Shown in pieces: positions 50,781-63,210 of a DNA stretch of 64,000 nucleotides (position 1 is its first letter; every line of letters starts with the position of its first letter). The notes beneath the pieces are model-generated. The model was given only the letters and a program-made list of their open reading frames with translations. It made no database searches and was not told where the DNA came from. This DNA comes from Antedon mediterranea (lineage: Eukaryota > Animalia > Echinodermata), in assembly GCF_964355755.1 (NCBI RefSeq), contig NC_092678.1:10228352-10292351 (forward strand), written 5' to 3'. The position numbers and the translations under genes are program-made.

Positions 50781-53700
50781 GTTTTGTGTGAAAAAGTTTT
50801 GTCAAAAGGCTCAAAATGGTCTAAAACGTTTTTAAAACGATATTAAGCTATTTTGTGCTCTTTGATGTTTTTGTATAACCAAGTTTTTTCGAAAATCACA
50901 AAATGGTCTAAAACGTCTCCAAATGCGATTTGAAGCTTTTCTAAACACTTTGGTGTTTTTATGTTAACAAGTTTTTTCGAAAATCACAAAATGGTCTAAA
51001 ACGTCTCCAAATCCGATTTGAAGCTATTCTGTACACTTTGATGTTTTGTGTGAAAAAGTTTTGTCGAAATGCTCAAAATGGTCTAAAACGTTTTTAAAAC
51101 GATATTAAGCTATTTTGTGCTCTTTGATGTTTTTGTGTAACCAAGTTTCATCGATATGAACAAAATGGTCTAAAACGTCTCCAAATGCGATTTGAAGCTT
51201 TTCCAAGCACTTTGCTGTTTTTATGTTAACAAGTTTTTTCGAAAATCACAAAATTGTCTAAAACGTCTCAAAATGTGATTTGAAGGTATTCTTAGCACTT
51301 TGGTGTTTTTGTGTGAAAAGTTTTAACGAAAAGCTCAAAATGGTCTAAAACGGTTCTAATGTGATTTTAAGCACTTTGATGTTTTTGTACAACCAAGTTT
51401 CATCGAAATGCTCAAAATGGTCTAAAACGTTTTTAAAACGATATTAAGCTATTTTGTGCTCTTTGATGTTTTTGTGTAACCAAGTTTTTTCGAAAATCAC
51501 AAAATGGTCTAAAACGTCTCCAAATGCGATTTGAAGCTTTTCTAAGCACTTTGGTGTTTTTATGTTAACAAGTTTTTTCGAAAATCACAAAATGGTCTAA
51601 AACGTCTCCAAATGCGATTTGAAGATATTCTGAGCACTTTGGTGTTTTTCTGTTAAAAAGTATTTTCGAAAATCACAAAATGGTCTAAAACGTCTCCAAA
51701 TGCAATTTGAAGCTATTCTGTACACTTTGATGTTTTGTGTGAAAAAGTTTTGTCAAAATGCTCAAAATGGTCTAAAACGTTTTTAAAACGATATTAAGCT
51801 ATTTTGTGCTCTTTGATGTTTTTGTATAACCAAGTTTTTTCGAAAATCACAAAATGGTCTAAAACGTCTCCAAATGCGATTTGAAGCTTTTCTAAACACT
51901 TTGGTGTTTTTATGTTAACAAGTTTTTTCGAAAATCACAAAATGGTCTAAAACGTCTCCAAATCCGATTTGAAGCTATTCTGTACACTTTGATGTTTTGT
52001 GTGAAAAAGTTTTGTCGAAATGCTCAAAATGGTCTAAAACGTTTTTAAAACGATATTAAGCTATTTTGTGCTCTTTGATGTTTTTGTGTAACCAAGTTTC
52101 ATCGATATGAACAAAATGGTCTAAAACGTCTCAAAATGCGATTTGAAGGTATTCTGAGCACTTTGGTGTTTTTGGGTGAAAAGTTTTAACGAAATGCTCA
52201 AAATGGTCTAAAACGGTTTCTAATGTGATTTTAAGCACTTTGAAGTATTTGTAAAAACAAGTTTCATCGAAATGCACAAAATAGTCTAAAACGTCTCCAA
52301 ATGCGATTTGAAGCTTTTCTAAGCACTTTGGTGTTTTTATGTTAACAAGTTTTTTCGAAAATCACAAAATGGTCTAAAACGTCTCCAAATGCGATTTGAA
52401 GATATTCTGAGCACTTTGGTGTTTTTATGTTAAAAAGTATTTTCGAAAATCACAAAATGGTCTAAAACGTCTCCAAATGCGATTTGAAGCTCTTCTTTAC
52501 ACTTTGATGTTTTTTGTGAAAAAGTTTAGTCGAAATGCTCAAAATGGTCTATAACGTTTTTAAAACGATATTAAGCTATTTTGTGCTCTTTGATGTTTTT
52601 GTGTAACCAAGTTTCATCGAAAATCACAAAATGGTCTAAAACGTCTCCAAATGCGATTTGAAGATATTCTGAGCACTTTGGTGTTTTTATGTTAACAAGT
52701 TTTTTCGAAAATCACAAAATGGTCTAAAACGTCTCCAAATGCGATTTGAAGATATTCTGAGCACTTTGGTGTTTTTATGTTAAAAAGTTTTTTCGAAAAT
52801 CACAAAATGGTCTAAAACGTCTCCAAATGCGATTTGAAGCTATTCTAAGCACTTTGCTGTTTTTATGTTAAAAAGTTTTTTCGAAAATCACAAAATGGTC
52901 TAAAACGTCTCCAAATGCGATTTGAAGATATTCTGAGCACTTTGGTGTTTTTATGTTAAAAAGTTTTTTCGAAAATCACAAAATGGTCTAAAACGTCTCC
53001 AAATGCGATTTGAAGATATTCTGAGCACTTTGGTGTTTTTATGTTAAAAAGTTTTTTCGAAAATCACAAAATGGTCTAAAACGTCTCCAAATGCGATTTG
53101 AAGCTATTCTGTACACTTTGATGTTTTGTGTGAAAAAGTTTTGTCGAAATGCTCAAAATGGTCTAAAACGTTTTTAAAACGATATTAAGCTATTTTGTGC
53201 TCTTTGATGTTTTTGTGTAACCAAGTTTTATCGAAATGAACAAAATGGTCTAAAACGTCTCCAAATGCGATTTGAAGCTTTTCTAAGCACTTTGCTGTTT
53301 TTATGTTAACAAGTTTTTTCGAAAATCACAAAATGGTCTAAAACGTCTCCAAATGGGATTTGAAGCTTTTCTAAGCACTTTGGTGTTTTTATGTTAACAA
53401 GTTTTTTCGAAAAACACAAAATGGTCTAAAACGTCTCCAAATGCGATTTGAAGATATTCTGAGCACTTTGGTGTTTTTATGTTAAAAAGTATTTTCGAAA
53501 ATCACAAAATGGTCTAAAACGTCTCCAAATGCGATTTGAAGCTCTTCTGTACACTTTGATGTTTTGTGTGAAAAAGTTTAGTCGAAATGCTCAAAATGGT
53601 CTAAAACGTTTTTAAAACGATATTAAGCTATTTTGTGCTCTTTGATGTTTTTGTGTAACCAAGTTTCATCGAAAATCACAAAATGGTCTAAAACGTCTCC

Positions 53701-56400
53701 AAATGCGATTTGAAGCTTTTCCAAGCACTTTGCTGTTTTTATGTTAACAAGTTTTTTCGAAAATCACAAAATGGTCTAAAACGTCTCAAAATGCGATTTG
53801 AAGGTATTCTGAGCACTTTGGTGTTTTTGTGTGAAAAGTTTTAACGAAATGCTCAAAATTGTCTAAAACGGTTTCTAATGTGATTTTAAGCACTTTGATG
53901 TTTTTGTAAAACCAAGTTTCATCGAAATGAACAAAATGGTCTAAAATGTCTCCAAATGCGATTTGAAGCTTTTCCAAGCACTTTGCTGTTTTTATGTTAA
54001 CAAGCTTTTTCGAAAATCACAAAATGGTCTAAAACGTCTCCAAATGCGATTTGAAGATATTCTGAGCACTTTGGTGTTTTTATGTTAAAAAGTTTTTTCG
54101 AAAATCACAAAATGGTCTAAAACGTCTCCAAATGCGATTTGAAGATATTCTAAGCACTTTGGTGTTTTTATGTTAACAAGTTTTTTCGAAAATCACAAAA
54201 TGGTCTAAAACGTCTCCAAATGCGATTTGAAGATATTCTGAGCACTTTGGTGTTTTTCTGTTAAAAAGTATTTTCGAAAATCACAAAATGGTCTAAAACG
54301 TCTCCAAATGCAATTTGAAGCTATTCTGTACACTTTGATGTTTTGTGTGAAAAAGTTTTGTCAAAAGGCTCAAAATGGTCTAAAACGTTTTTAAAACGAT
54401 ATTAAGCTATTTTGTGCTCTTTGATGTTTTTGTATAACCAAGTTTTTTCGAAAATCACAAAATGGTCTAAAACGTCTCCAAATGCGATTTGAAGCTTTTC
54501 TAAACACTTTGGTGTTTTTATGTTAACAAGTTTTTTCGAAAATCACAAAATGGTCTAAAACGTCTCCAAATCCGATTTGAAGCTATTCTGTACACTTTGA
54601 TGTTTTGTGTGAAAAAGTTTTGTCGAAATGCTCAAAATGGTCTAAAACGTTTTTAAAACGATATTAAGCTATTTTGTGCTCTTTGATGTTTTTGTGTAAC
54701 CAAGTTTCATCGATATGAACAAAATGGTCTAAAACGTCTCCAAATGCGATTTGAAGCTTTTCCAAGCACTTTGCTGTTTTTATGTTAACAAGTTTTTTCG
54801 AAAATCACAAAATTGTCTAAAACGTCTCAAAATGTGATTTGAAGGTATTCTTAGCACTTTGGTGTTTTTGTGTGAAAAGTTTTAACGAAAAGCTCAAAAT
54901 GGTCTAAAACGGTTCTAATGTGATTTTAAGCACTTTGATGTTTTTGTACAACCAAGTTTCATCGAAATGCTCAAAATGGTCTAAAACGTTTTTAAAACGA
55001 TATTAAGCTATTTTGTGCTCTTTGATGTTTTTGTGTAACCAAGTTTTTTCGAAAATCACAAAATGGTCTAAAACGTCTCCAAATGCGATTTGAAGCTTTT
55101 CTAAGCACTTTGGTGTTTTTATGTTAACAAGTTTTTTCGAAAATCACAAAATGGTCTAAAACGTCTCCAAATGCGATTTGAAGATATTCTGAGCACTTTG
55201 GTGTTTTTCTGTTAAAAAGTATTTTCGAAAATCACAAAATGGTCTAAAACGTCTCCAAATGCAATTTGAAGCTATTCTGTACACTTTGATGTTTTGTGTG
55301 AAAAAGTTTTGTCAAAATGCTCAAAATGGTCTAAAACGTTTTTAAAACGATATTAAGCTATTTTGTGCTCTTTGATGTTTTTGTATAACCAAGTTTTTTC
55401 GAAAATCACAAAATGGTCTAAAACGTCTCCAAATGCGATTTGAAGCTTTTCTAAACACTTTGGTGTTTTTATGTTAACAAGTTTTTTCGAAAATCACAAA
55501 ATGGTCTAAAACGTCTCCAAATCCGATTTGAAGCTATTCTGTACACTTTGATGTTTTGTGTGAAAAAGTTTTGTCGAAATGCTCAAAATGGTCTAAAACG
55601 TTTTTAAAACGATATTAAGCTATTTTGTGCTCTTTGATGTTTTTGTGTAACCAAGTTTCATCGATATGAACAAAATGGTCTAAAACGTCTCAAAATGCGA
55701 TTTGAAGGTATTCTGAGCACTTTGGTGTTTTTGGGTGAAAAGTTTTAACGAAATGCTCAAAATGGTCTAAAACGGTTTCTAATGTGATTTTAAGCACTTT
55801 GAAGTATTTGTAAAAACAAGTTTCATCGAAATGCACAAAATAGTCTAAAACGTCTCCAAATGCGATTTGAAGCTTTTCTAAGCACTTTGGTGTTTTTATG
55901 TTAACAAGTTTTTTCGAAAATCACAAAATGGTCTAAAACGTCTCCAAATGCGATTTGAAGATATTCTGAGCACTTTGGTGTTTTTATGTTAAAAAGTATT
56001 TTCGAAAATCACAAAATGGTCTAAAACGTCTCCAAATGCGATTTGAAGCTCTTCTTTACACTTTGATGTTTTTTGTGAAAAAGTTTAGTCGAAATGCTCA
56101 AAATGGTCTATAACGTTTTTAAAACGATATTAAGCTATTTTGTGCTCTTTGATGTTTTTGTGTAACCAAGTTTCATCGAAAATCACAAAATGGTCTAAAA
56201 CGTCTCCAAATGCGATTTGAAGATATTCTGAGCACTTTGGTGTTTTTATGTTAACAAGTTTTTTCGAAAATCACAAAATGGTCTAAAACGTCTCCAAATG
56301 CGATTTGAAGATATTCTGAGCACTTTGGTGTTTTTATGTTAAAAAGTTTTTTCGAAAATCACAAAATGGTCTAAAACGTCTCCAAATGCGATTTGAAGCT
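49290..56400 (+). repeat. Direct tandem duplication, 2 x 3559 bp (~41 monomers)
   Basis: AAATGGGAT 49792/53351; AATGTGATTTGAAGGTATTCTTAG 51272/54831; CTTCTTTACA 52492/56051; chimeric junction GCTATTCT|AAGCACTTTGCTG near 52845; ORFs 50227/53786. Confidence 0.88.
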
Positions 56401-59400
56401 ATTCTATACACTTTGATGTTTTGTGTTAAAAAGTTTTGTCGAAATGCTCAAAATGGTTTAAAACGTTTTTAAAACGATATTAAGCTATTTTGTGCTCTTT
56501 GATGTTTTTGTGTAACCAAGTTTCATCGAAATGAACAAAATGGTCTAAAACGTCTCCAAATGCGATTTGAAGCTTTTCCAAGCACTTTGCTGTTTTTATG
56601 TTAACAAGTTTTTTCGAAAATCACAAAATTGTCTAAAACGTCTCAAAAAGCGATTTGAAGGTATTCTGAGCACTTTGGTGTTTTTGTGTGAAAAGTTTTA
56701 ACGAAAAGCTCAAAATGGTCTAAAACGGTTCTAATGTGATTTTAAGCACTTTGATGTTTTTGTACAACCAAGTTTCATCGAAATGCTCAAAATGGTCTAA
56801 AACGTTTTTAAAACGATATTAAGCTATTTTGTGCTCTTTGATGTTTTTGTGTAACCAAGTTTTTTCGAAAATCACAAAATGGTCTAAAACGTCTCCAAAT
56901 GCGATTTGAAGCTTTTCTTAGCACTTTGGTGTTTTTATGTTAACAAGTTTTTTCAAAAATCACAAAATGGTCTAAAACGTCTCCAAATGCGATTTGAAGA
57001 TATTCTGAGCACTTTGGTGTTTTTCTGTTAAAAAGTATTTTCGAAAATCACAAAATGGTCTAAAACGTCTCCAAATGCAATTTGAAGCTATTCTGTACAC
57101 TTTGATGTTTTGTGTGAAAAAGTTTTGTCAAAATGCTCAAAATGGTCTAAAACGTTTTTAAAACGATATTAAGCTATTTTGTGCTCTTTGATGTTTTTGT
57201 ATAACCAAGTTTTTTCGAAAATCACAAAATGGTCTAAAACGTCTCCAAATGCGATTTGAAGCTTTTCTAAACACTTTGGTGTTTTTATGTTAACAAGTTT
57301 TTTCGAAAATCACAAAATGGTCTAAAACGTCTCCAAATCCGATTTGAAGCTATTCTGTACACTTTGATGTTTTGTGTGAAAAAGTTTTGTCGAAATGCTC
57401 AAAATGGTCTAAAACGTTTTTAAAACGATATTAAGCTATTTTGTGCTCTTTGATGTTTTTGTGTAACCAAGTTTCATCGATATGAACAAAATGGTCTAAA
57501 ACGTCTCAAAATGCGATTTGAAGGTATTCTGAGCACTTTGGTGTTTTTGGGTGAAAAGTTTTAACGAAATGCTCAAAATGGTCTAAAACGGTTTCTAATG
57601 TGATTTTAAGCACTTTGAAGTATTTGTAAAAACAAGTTTCATCGAAATGCACAAAATAGTCTAAAACGTCTCCAAATGCGATTTGAAGCTTTTCTAAGCA
57701 CTTTGGTGTTTTTATGTTAACAAGTTTTTTCGAAAATCACAAAATGGTCTAAAACGTCTCCAAATGCGATTTGAAGATATTCTGAGCACTTTGGTGTTTT
57801 TATGTTAAAAAGTATTTTCGAAAATCACAAAATGGTCTAAAACGTCTCCAAATGCGATTTGAAGCTCTTCTGTACACTTTGATGTTTTGTGTGAAAAAGT
57901 TTAGTCGAAATGCTCAAAATGGTCTAAAACGTTTTTAAAACGATATTAAGCTATTTTGTGCTCTTTGATGTTTTTGTGTAACCAAGTTTCATCGAAAATC
58001 ACAAAATGGTCTAAAACGTCTCCAAATGCGATTTGAAGCTTTTCCAAGCACTTTGCTGTTTTTATGTTAACAAGTTTTTTCGAAAATCACAAAATGGTCT
58101 AAAACGTCTCAAAATACGATATTAAGCTGTTTTGTGCACTTTGATGATTTGTGTGAAAAGTTTTAACGAAATGCTCAAAATGGTCTAAAACGGTTTCTAA
58201 TGTGATTTTAAGCACTTTGATGTTTTTATGTAGCCAAGTTTTTTCGAAAATCACAAAATGGTCAAAAACGTCTCCAAATGCGATTTGAAGCTTTTCTAAG
58301 CACTTTGGTGTTTTTATGTTAACAAGTTTTTTCGAAAATCACAAAATGGTCTAAAACGTCTCCAAATGCGATTTGAAGATATTCTGAGCACTTTGGTGTT
58401 TTTATGTTAAAAAGTTTTTTCGAAAATCACAAAATGGTCTAAAACGTCTCCAAATGCGATTTGAAGATATTCTAAGCACTTTGGTGTTTTTATGTTAACA
58501 AGTTTTTTCGAAAATCACAAAATGGTCTAAAACGTCTCCAAATGCGATTTGAAGATATTCTGAGCACTTTGGTGTTTTTCTGTTAAAAAGTATTTTCGAA
58601 AATCACAAAATGGTCTAAAACGTCTCCAAATGCAATTTGAAGCTATTCTGTACACTTTGATGTTTTGTGTGAAAAAGTTTTGTCAAAAGGCTCAAAATGG
58701 TCTAAAACGTTTTTAAAACGATATTAAGCTATTTTGTGCTCTTTGATGTTTTTGTATAACCAAGTTTTTTCGAAAATCACAAAATGGTCTAAAACGTCTC
58801 CAAATGCGATTTGAAGCTTTTCTAAACACTTTGGTGTTTTTATGTTAACAAGTTTTTTCGAAAATCACAAAATGGTCTAAAACGTCTCCAAATCCGATTT
58901 GAAGCTATTCTGTACACTTTGATGTTTTGTGTGAAAAAGTTTTGTCGAAATGCTCAAAATGGTCTAAAACGTTTTTAAAACGATATTAAGCTATTTTGTG
59001 CTCTTTGATGTTTTTGTGTAACCAAGTTTCATCGATATGAACAAAATGGTCTAAAACGTCTCCAAATGCGATTTGAAGCTTTTCCAAGCACTTTGCTGTT
59101 TTTATGTTAACAAGTTTTTTCGAAAATCACAAAATTGTCTAAAACGTCTCAAAATGCGATTTGAAGGTATTCTTAGCACTTTGGTGTTTTTGTGTGAAAA
59201 GTTTTAACGAAAAGCTCAAAATGGTCTAAAACGGTTCTAATGTGATTTTAAGCACTTTGATGTTTTTGTACAACCAAGTTTCATCGAAATGCTCAAAATG
59301 GTCTAAAACGTTTTTAAAACGATATTAAGCTATTTTGTGCTCTTTGATGTTTTTGTGTAACCAAGTTTTTTCGAAAATCACAAAATGGTCTAAAACGTCT

Positions 59401-62400
59401 CCAAATGCGATTTGAAGCTTTTCTAAGCACTTTGGTGTTTTTATGTTAACAAGTTTTTTCGAAAATCACAAAATGGTCTAAAACGTCTCCAAATGCGATT
59501 TGAAGATATTCTGAGCACTTTGGTGTTTTTCTGTTAAAAAGTATTTTCGAAAATCACAAAATGGTCTAAAACGTCTCCAAATGCAATTTGAAGCTATTCT
59601 GTACACTTTGATGTTTTGTGTGAAAAAGTTTTGTCAAAATGCTCAAAATGGTCTAAAACGTTTTTAAAACGATATTAAGCTATTTTGTGCTCTTTGATGT
59701 TTTTGTATAACCAAGTTTTTTCGAAAATCACAAAATGGTCTAAAACGTCTCCAAATGCGATTTGAAGCTTTTCTAAACACTTTGGTGTTTTTATGTTAAC
59801 AAGTTTTTTCGAAAATCACAAAATGGTCTAAAACGTCTCCAAATCCGATTTGAAGCTATTCTGTACACTTTGATGTTTTGTGTGAAAAAGTTTTGTCGAA
59901 ATGCTCAAAATGGTCTAAAACGTTTTTAAAACGATATTAAGCTATTTTGTGCTCTTTGATGTTTTTGTGTAACCAAGTTTCATCGATATGAACAAAATGG
60001 TCTAAAACGTCTCAAAATGCGATTTGAAGGTATTCTGAGCACTTTGGTGTTTTTGGGTGAAAAGTTTTAACGAAATGCTCAAAATGGTCTAAAACGGTTT
60101 CTAATGTGATTTTAAGCACTTTGAAGTATTTGTAAAAACAAGTTTCATCGAAATGCACAAAATAGTCTAAAACGTCTCCAAATGCGATTTGAAGCTTTTC
60201 TAAGCACTTTGGTGTTTTTATGTTAACAAGTTTTTTCGAAAATCACAAAATGGTCTAAAACGTCTCCAAATGCGATTTGAAGATATTCTGAGCACTTTGG
60301 TGTTTTTATGTTAAAAAGTATTTTCGAAAATCACAAAATGGTCTAAAACGTCTCCAAATGCGATTTGAAGCTCTTCTTTACACTTTGATGTTTTTTGTGA
60401 AAAAGTTTAGTCGAAATGCTCAAAATGGTCTATAACGTTTTTAAAACGATATTAAGCTATTTTGTGCTCTTTGATGTTTTTGTGTAACCAAGTTTCATCG
60501 AAAATCACAAAATGGTCTAAAACGTCTCCAAATGCGATTTGAAGATATTCTGAGCACTTTGGTGTTTTTATGTTAACAAGTTTTTTCGAAAATCACAAAA
60601 TGGTCTAAAACGTCTCCAAATGCGATTTGAAGATATTCTGAGCACTTTGGTGTTTTTATGTTAAAAAGTTTTTTCGAAAATCACAAAATGGTCTAAAACG
60701 TCTCCAAATGCGATTTGAAGCTATTCTATACACTTTGATGTTTTGTGTTAAAAAGTTTTGTCGAAATGCTCAAAATGGTTTAAAACGTTTTTAAAACGAT
60801 ATTAAGCTATTTTGTGCTCTTTGATGTTTTTGTGTAACCAAGTTTCATCGAAATGAACAAAATCGTCTAAAACGTCTCCAAATGCGATTTGAAGCTTTTC
60901 CAAGCACTTTGCTGTTTTTATGTTAACAAGTTTTTTCGAAAATCACAAAATTGTCTAAAACGTCTCAAAAAGCGATTTGAAGGTATTCTGAGCACTTTGG
61001 TGTTTTTGTGTGAAAAGTTTTAACGAAAAGCTCAAAATGGTCTAAAACGGTTCTAATGTGATTTTAAGCACTTTGATGTTTTTGTACAACCAAGTTTCAT
61101 CGAAATGCTCAAAATGGTCTAAAACGTTTTTAAAACGATATTAAGCTATTTTGTGCTCTTTGATGTTTTTGTGTAACCAAGTTTTTTCGAAAATCACAAA
61201 ATGGTCTAAAACGTCTCCAAATGCGATTTGAAGCTTTTCTAAGCACTTTGGTGTTTTTATGTTAACAAGTTTTTTCAAAAATCACAAAATGGTCTAAAAC
61301 GTCTCCAAATGCGATTTGAAGATATTCTGAGCACTTTGGTGTTTTTCTGTTAAAAAGTATTTTCGAAAATCACAAAATGGTCTAAAACGTCTCCAAATGC
61401 AATTTGAAGCTATTCTGTACACTTTGATGTTTTGTGTGAAAAAGTTTTGTCAAAATGCTCAAAATGGTCTAAAACGTTTTTAAAACGATATTAAGCTATT
61501 TTGTGCTCTTTGATGTTTTTGTATAACCAAGTTTTTTCGAAAATCACAAAATGGTCTAAAACGTCTCCAAATGCGATTTGAAGCTTTTCTAAACACTTTG
61601 GTGTTTTTATGTTAACAAGTTTTTTCGAAAATCACAAAATGGTCTAAAACGTCTCCAAATCCGATTTGAAGCTATTCTGTACACTTTGATGTTTTGTGTG
61701 AAAAAGTTTTGTCGAAATGCTCAAAATGGTCTAAAACGTTTTTAAAACGATATTAAGCTATTTTGTGCTCTTTGATGTTTTTGTGTAACCAAGTTTCATC
61801 GATATGAACAAAATGGTCTAAAACGTCTCAAAATGCGATTTGAAGGTATTCTGAGCACTTTGGTGTTTTTGGGTGAAAAGTTTTAACGAAATGCTCAAAA
61901 TGGTCTAAAACGGTTTCTAATGTGATTTTAAGCACTTTGAAGTATTTGTAAAAACAAGTTTCATCGAAATGCACAAAATAGTCTAAAACGTCTCCAAATG
62001 CGATTTGAAGCTTTTCTAAGCACTTTGGTGTTTTTATGTTAACAAGTTTTTTCGAAAATCACAAAATGGTCTAAAACGTCTCCAAATGCGATTTGAAGAT
62101 ATTCTGAGCACTTTGGTGTTTTTATGTTAAAAAGTATTTTCGAAAATCACAAAATGGTCTAAAACGTCTCCAAATGCGATTTGAAGCTCTTCTGTACACT
62201 TTGATGTTTTGTGTGAAAAAGTTTAGTCGAAATGCTCAAAATGGTCTAAAACGTTTTTAAAACGATATTAAGCTATTTTGTGCTCTTTGATGTTTTTGTG
62301 TAACCAAGTTTCATCGAAAATCACAAAATGGTCTAAAACGTCTCCAAATGCGATTTGAAGCTTTTCCAAGCACTTTGCTGTTTTTATGTTAACAAGTTTT

Positions 62401-62680
62401 TTCGAAAATCACAAAATGGTCTAAAACGTCTCAAAATACGATATTAAGCTGTTTTGTGCACTTTGATGATTTGTGTGAAAAGTTTTAACGAAATGCTCAA
62501 AATGGTCTAAAACGGTTTCTAATGTGATTTTAAGCACTTTGATGTTTTTATGTAGCCAAGTTTTTTCGAAAATCACAAAATGGTCAAAAACGTCTCCAAA
62601 TGCGATTTGAAGCTTTTCTAAGCACTTTGGTGTTTTTATGTTAACAAGTTTTTTCGAAAATCACAAAATGGTCTAAAACG
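54010..62680 (+). repeat. Direct tandem duplication, 2 x 4322 bp (~50 monomers), with an internal 1816-bp periodicity
   Basis: TCAAAAGGCT 54361/58683; CTTCTTTACA 56051/60373; TCTCAAAAAGCG 56641/60963; GTCAAAAACG 58261/62583. GATATG marker pairs 55663/57479 and 59985/61801 (1816 bp). Confidence 0.88.
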
Positions 62681-63210
62681 TCTTCAAATGCGATTTGAAG
62701 ATATTCTGAGCACTTTGGTGTTTTTCTGTTAAAAAGTATTTTCGAAAATCACAAAATGGTCTATAACGTCTCCAAATGCGATTTGAAGCTATTCTGTACA
62801 CTTTGATGTTTTGTGTGAAAAAGTTTTGTCAAAATGCTCAAAATGGTCTAAAACGTTTTTAAAACGATATTAAGCTATTTTGTGCTCTTTGATGTGTTTG
62901 TATAACCAAGTTTTTTCGAAAATCACAAAATGGTCTAAAACGTCTCCAAATGCGATTTAAAGCTATTCTAGACACTTTGATGTTTTGTGTGAAAAATTTT
63001 CTCGAAATGCTCAAAATGGTCTAAAACGTTTTCCAATACCATTATTAAGCTATTTTGTGCAATTTGATGTTTTTGTGTAACCAAGTTTTTTGAAATGCGA
63101 TTTGAAGATATTCTGAGGACTTTGGTGTTTTTATGTTAAAAAGTTTTTTCGAAAATCACAAAATGGTCTAAAACGTCTCCAAATGCGATTTGAAGATATT
63201 CTGAGCACTT
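60570..63210 (+). repeat. ~2.6-kb duplicate of ~7210-9850 (offset 53360)
   Basis: CTATTCTATA 7361/60721; AGCGATTTGA 7611/60971; TGCGATTTAA 9591/62951; ATTATTAAGC 9681/63041. Confidence 0.87.
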
